Part shown: in pieces, positions 60,681 to 64,000 of the stretch
Position numbering within the stretch: position 1 is the stretch's first letter
How the letters are laid out: each line of letters starts with the position of its first letter
Assembly (NCBI RefSeq): GCF_001194135.2
Contig: NC_068986.1
Coordinates: 5,067,376 to 5,131,375, forward strand
Source of the DNA: Octopus bimaculoides
Taxonomy: Eukaryota
Direction of reading: 5' to 3'
Length of the DNA: 64,000 nucleotides
Translations under genes and position numbers: made by a program
Notes under the pieces: model-generated
Told to the model about the DNA's origin: nothing
What the model saw: the letters and a program-made list of their open reading frames with translations, nothing else
The model's database searches: none

Positions 60681-60974
60681 CTGGAATTTATGAACAGGAA
60701 GTACATCAAAGAACTCATGTGCAATGTAACAAGTAAAATCAGAAGGAATGTCTTCTAATTTGTAATACCAATTCACAGGAATACTGAATTTGCTTATGCC
60801 ATGATTATATGCTAAAGAATTGTTACTGTCCAATTTTGGTGTAGCTTTATTGGCAGAATCAGACAGCTGATGTGGCCCAACCAATTTCTCATATTGCAAA
60901 CTACTCATTTTACTGCTAACTTCAACCAAGTTTAGAGTAACTACATCCTTCATTTGTGGAAACTGACAAAATAC
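60681..60974 (-). CDS. NDUFAF7: NDUFAF7 internal exon, first one in the window: VFCQFPQMKDVVTLNLVEVSSKMS...YIAHEFFDVLPVHKFQ
   Basis: Diagnostic LVEVS and AHEFFDVLPVHKFQ; TTCTAG acceptor, CAG|GTATTC donor. Confidence 0.95.
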
Positions 60975-61389
60975 CTAGAAAATAAACATGAAATATTACT
61001 TAAAAAATGAGTAGAAAAAATTTGTAAAACACAAAGACAAAAATAACAAAAAAAAATATAAAGAAAAGCAAGCAAAAGAAAAAAGTAAAGAAAAATAAAG
61101 TGAAGTTTGACTTCGAAAGAAAATATGAAAAGGAGAAAGAAACCCATTGTTACCTCCAGAACCTCCACTTTATAGCCATTCTAGCTATTTCACTTTCATT
61201 CAACCACTTGTGCCATTTAGTGTACATGTAAGTGGTGGTGGTGGTGGGGGGGAGTATGTGCATATGAGAGAGAGAGAGATGAAAATAGAGGGTGAAATTG
61301 AGATTGTACAGAGAGAGAAAGAAAGAGGGATAGAGAGGAATAGGGAGAGTTTGTATGCATATGAGACTTGCAAAACAAATGTGTCTTAA

Positions 61390-61599
61390 CCCTATCATTA
61401 CCATTTTTCTGGTGAAATACACTGCCTTTTTTTCAGTTAATTTTGAAAATAATTTTAAAAATTATTAAAATAACTTTGAAATTATTCAACTGGGGTTAGA
61501 AACATAAATTAACATGATATTTTAATTTACATTTTTTTTAAATGGGAAGTTTGTATCATAGGACCAAGAGCAGTTTCAGGCGGGTTGGTATCCAAAGGG
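61390..61599. mobile_element. piggyBac-like MITE (family 1)
   Basis: TTAA|CCCT...AAAGGG|TTAA; 3' end matches 40885-41104. Confidence 0.8.
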
Positions 61600-61737
61600 T
61601 TAATGTTAGTTTAGAAAAAATATAGAAAACTATTACAATAAAATTTCGAATAATATGTTTTTCAAAATGCTGAAGAGTTTAGTAATGATTCTCTGAAAGC
61701 TTAAATTATTTTAAAGCCTACCATGCAGTGTTTTCAC

Positions 61738-61972
61738 CGGTGTTTCTCAACTGGGGATTCCCGGAGTCCAAGGGTTCCGCAAAAAGTACCTCGGGGTTCC
61801 ACAGGAAAGAGTGAGATAAGCTAATACTAATTTCATGATTGTAATATTACTATACATGCACAACATATTATTGATTATTGTAATATTGCAATATAGACAT
61901 CATCCTATTATGTTATCAAAAGAATATAGCAACCATTGGGGGTATATTAAATGATGTCTGCAATTTATGGAA

Positions 61973-62016
<44 letters not shown>

Positions 62017-62151
62017 ATTTACCATGTGAACTATGATGAAAAAATATGAGAAAGATATAGTATATATTTCTTCTTTTTTTTGTGCAGGGTTCCTTGAGAC
62101 ATGTAATTTATTTTAAGGGTTACGCAAGGGCGAAAAGGTTGAGAAATACTG
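61738..62151. mobile_element. hAT-type MITE with internal (TA)n
   Basis: C(G)GTGTTTCTCAAC ... GTTGAGAAATACTG ends; 8-bp flanks GTTTTCAC / GTTCCCAC (6 of 8). Confidence 0.7.
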
Positions 62152-63452
62152 GTTCCCACTATAGCAGGAATCAGTTAAACGTCATCTCTGCCAGATTCCC
62201 AGTAAAGCAGTAATGAACAACACACTTAGAAAAAGAAGGTACAATTGGTTCTGTCCATTAGTTTGCCTGTAATTGTAAGTCGTGACCTGTATATGCAACT
62301 ATTTAATTTTTGGCCAGAAGGCCACATGGAGGTCCAGGTCTGAGAGGGTTAAAAGCTCACAAACTGCAATTTTCAAAAACCACTGTGGTAAGGTATGGTT
62401 TGAGAGAAATTAGGCTGCTATTTCTAGTAGATTGAGCAATCACAGAAAAGCTCCTCCTTATACTCATGTTGTAATTAACAGATGAGATTATGAAGGAATT
62501 AAGCTGCATGGAGGAAGAGTATTGTAAACTTCACTAACATGGAAATGTGGGTACAAGATCAACAAGCCAAACCAACATGGAATTCTCCATGCTAGAAATG
62601 GTAGAAAATCTCCCTCAAATCCTAGATACACATATCCCTTGGATTTAAGGCTGACCCAAGATTAAACAATGATATCATTATCATTATCATCACTATCAAC
62701 AACATCAGCATTATTGTAAGCAACAACAATAATGCATAGTTTATTTGAAAAGAAAACTGATATTTCAAAAGATTTTTTTTTATCTGAGTACTTCCTTTCA
62801 GGGGAAGAAATTTGAATTCCAGACTTTATTGGTACATTTGAATAACAGCTTCCAAAACTGGTGGAGAGAAGGAGGGGTACATAAATGATAGTGACAAAAA
62901 TATTATTCCGTCAATTACTCATGCTTTTTTTCCCATGCTTAGTAATGTCTGTGTTGTCTCTTCCTGACAAACAGACACAGGCTTATGTACATACTTATGC
63001 ATACATGACTCACAGTCACTGCCAATTACTATCTGAATGCTTTATGCACCTTTTGTCACGTACACCTGTCATCCGATTGCCACTGTGTGCTTACATGTAA
63101 ATAGTCACACAAACATTTTTCTAGCTGATAATATACATGGGCTCATAACAAATATGTAAATTTTATTATGGCCTACGGCCTTTTCATTCAACATCATCAC
63201 CATCATCAACATCGTTACAATGATATTCCTTGTATGATGAGGCTGCTCTTTCACACCTGTCTCATGGTGTCAGGACAAAACCAAACACACACATATATCT
63301 GTATACATTCATTGTCATATATACATACATACACATGTGTGTGTATATATGTGTGTGTGTGTGGATGTATATATATATATATATATACACACACACATTT
63401 ATTATACACACACACATACACACACACACACACATACACATACACACAAACA

Positions 63453-63612
63453 CAGGCATGGCTGTATGGTAAGAAGCTTGCTTCACAACCACGTAGTTCC
63501 ACGTTCAGTCCCACTGTGTGGCACCTTGGGCATGTGTTTTCTATTATAGCCCTGGGCTGACCAAAGCCTTGTGGCTGGATTTGCTAAAGGAAAACTGAAA
63601 GAAGCCTGTCGT
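63453..63612 (+). mobile_element. 5' half of SINE (12045 family)
   Basis: GGCATGGCTGTATGGTAAGAAG...GTTCAGTCCC head. Confidence 0.8.
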
Positions 63613-63624
63613 GTATGTATGTAT

Positions 63625-64000
63625 GTTGAACTGTTAATCCCAGAAAAGATTTTTTTCTCTCTTTTTAAATTCTCTCTCCTTTTCTTTCCTCTTAATCCTT
63701 TCTATCAAAGAGCATAGGCTTGAAATGTAAAAGACTTTTCCATTCTTCCTGAGCATTAAACTAATACACCTGCTTGTTGTTCCTTCACCTCTCTTCTTCT
63801 TTTGTTTTCAGTAAATTTGAACAACTATGTATGTATGTATATATACATGATATATATATGAACAGTGTCAACCCAAACATACAGTTCACAATGGAGTACA
63901 ACCAAAAGGAGCTCCCATTCTTGGATATACTAATTAAAAAAGTAAACCTAAAAATAGAAACGGACATATTTTACAAAGCCACAGACGCCAAACAATATCT
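63625..64000 (+). mobile_element. Penelope-like element: pLTR-like segment followed by an RT fragment running off the window
   Basis: 63858-64000 translates MNSVNPNIQFTMEYNQKELPFLDILIKKVNLKIETDIFYKATDAKQY (PLE I.FT.E....LPFLD..I....TD.Y.KPT motif). Confidence 0.85.

Noticed and set aside
13313-60974. U12-type or non-canonical introns in the three genes
   Set aside because: All reconstructed introns are GT-AG and none has the GTATCCTT U12 donor
62482-62537. Plus-strand exon-like DEIMKELSCMEEEYCKLH*
   Set aside because: Weak acceptor, no partner exons, lies among decayed repeats within an NDUFAF7 intron
61000-63600. Upstream NDUFAF7 exons (GDFITSPE region)
   Set aside because: Not found; the only ISPE-like match lies inside a piggyBac MITE, so these exons are probably beyond 64000

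Overview
AT-rich, repeat-dense eukaryotic (intron-containing) genomic DNA with several N gaps. The SINE/RTE repeat content looks like a coleoid cephalopod, probably Octopus; this is inference from recalled repeat families, not a database match. Three protein-coding genes were reconstructed by hand from GT-AG boundaries and phase. (1) PIGA, complete on the minus strand, 12 coding exons from 34349 to 13313, about 434 aa. (2) An ANKRD49-like ankyrin gene, complete on the plus strand, 4 coding exons from 37248 to 42903, 230 aa, head-to-head with PIGA. (3) The last six coding exons of NDUFAF7 on the minus strand (60974 to 48872), tail-to-tail with ANKRD49; its 5' exons were not found and probably lie beyond the window. 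The rest is tRNA-derived SINEs, RTE LINE fragments and tails, Penelope-like (PLE) relics, a CRE-like retrotransposon relic, piggyBac-, hAT-, Merlin- and Tc1-type MITEs, and micro/minisatellites. The most notable signal is a set of minimal type-I hammerhead-ribozyme folds, including a tRNA-headed SINE carrying a hammerhead that occurs as an inverted pair in a PIGA intron. There are also several intronic inverted repeats that would form dsRNA in the pre-mRNAs. Repeat boundaries are approximate; exon boundaries were counted base by base.
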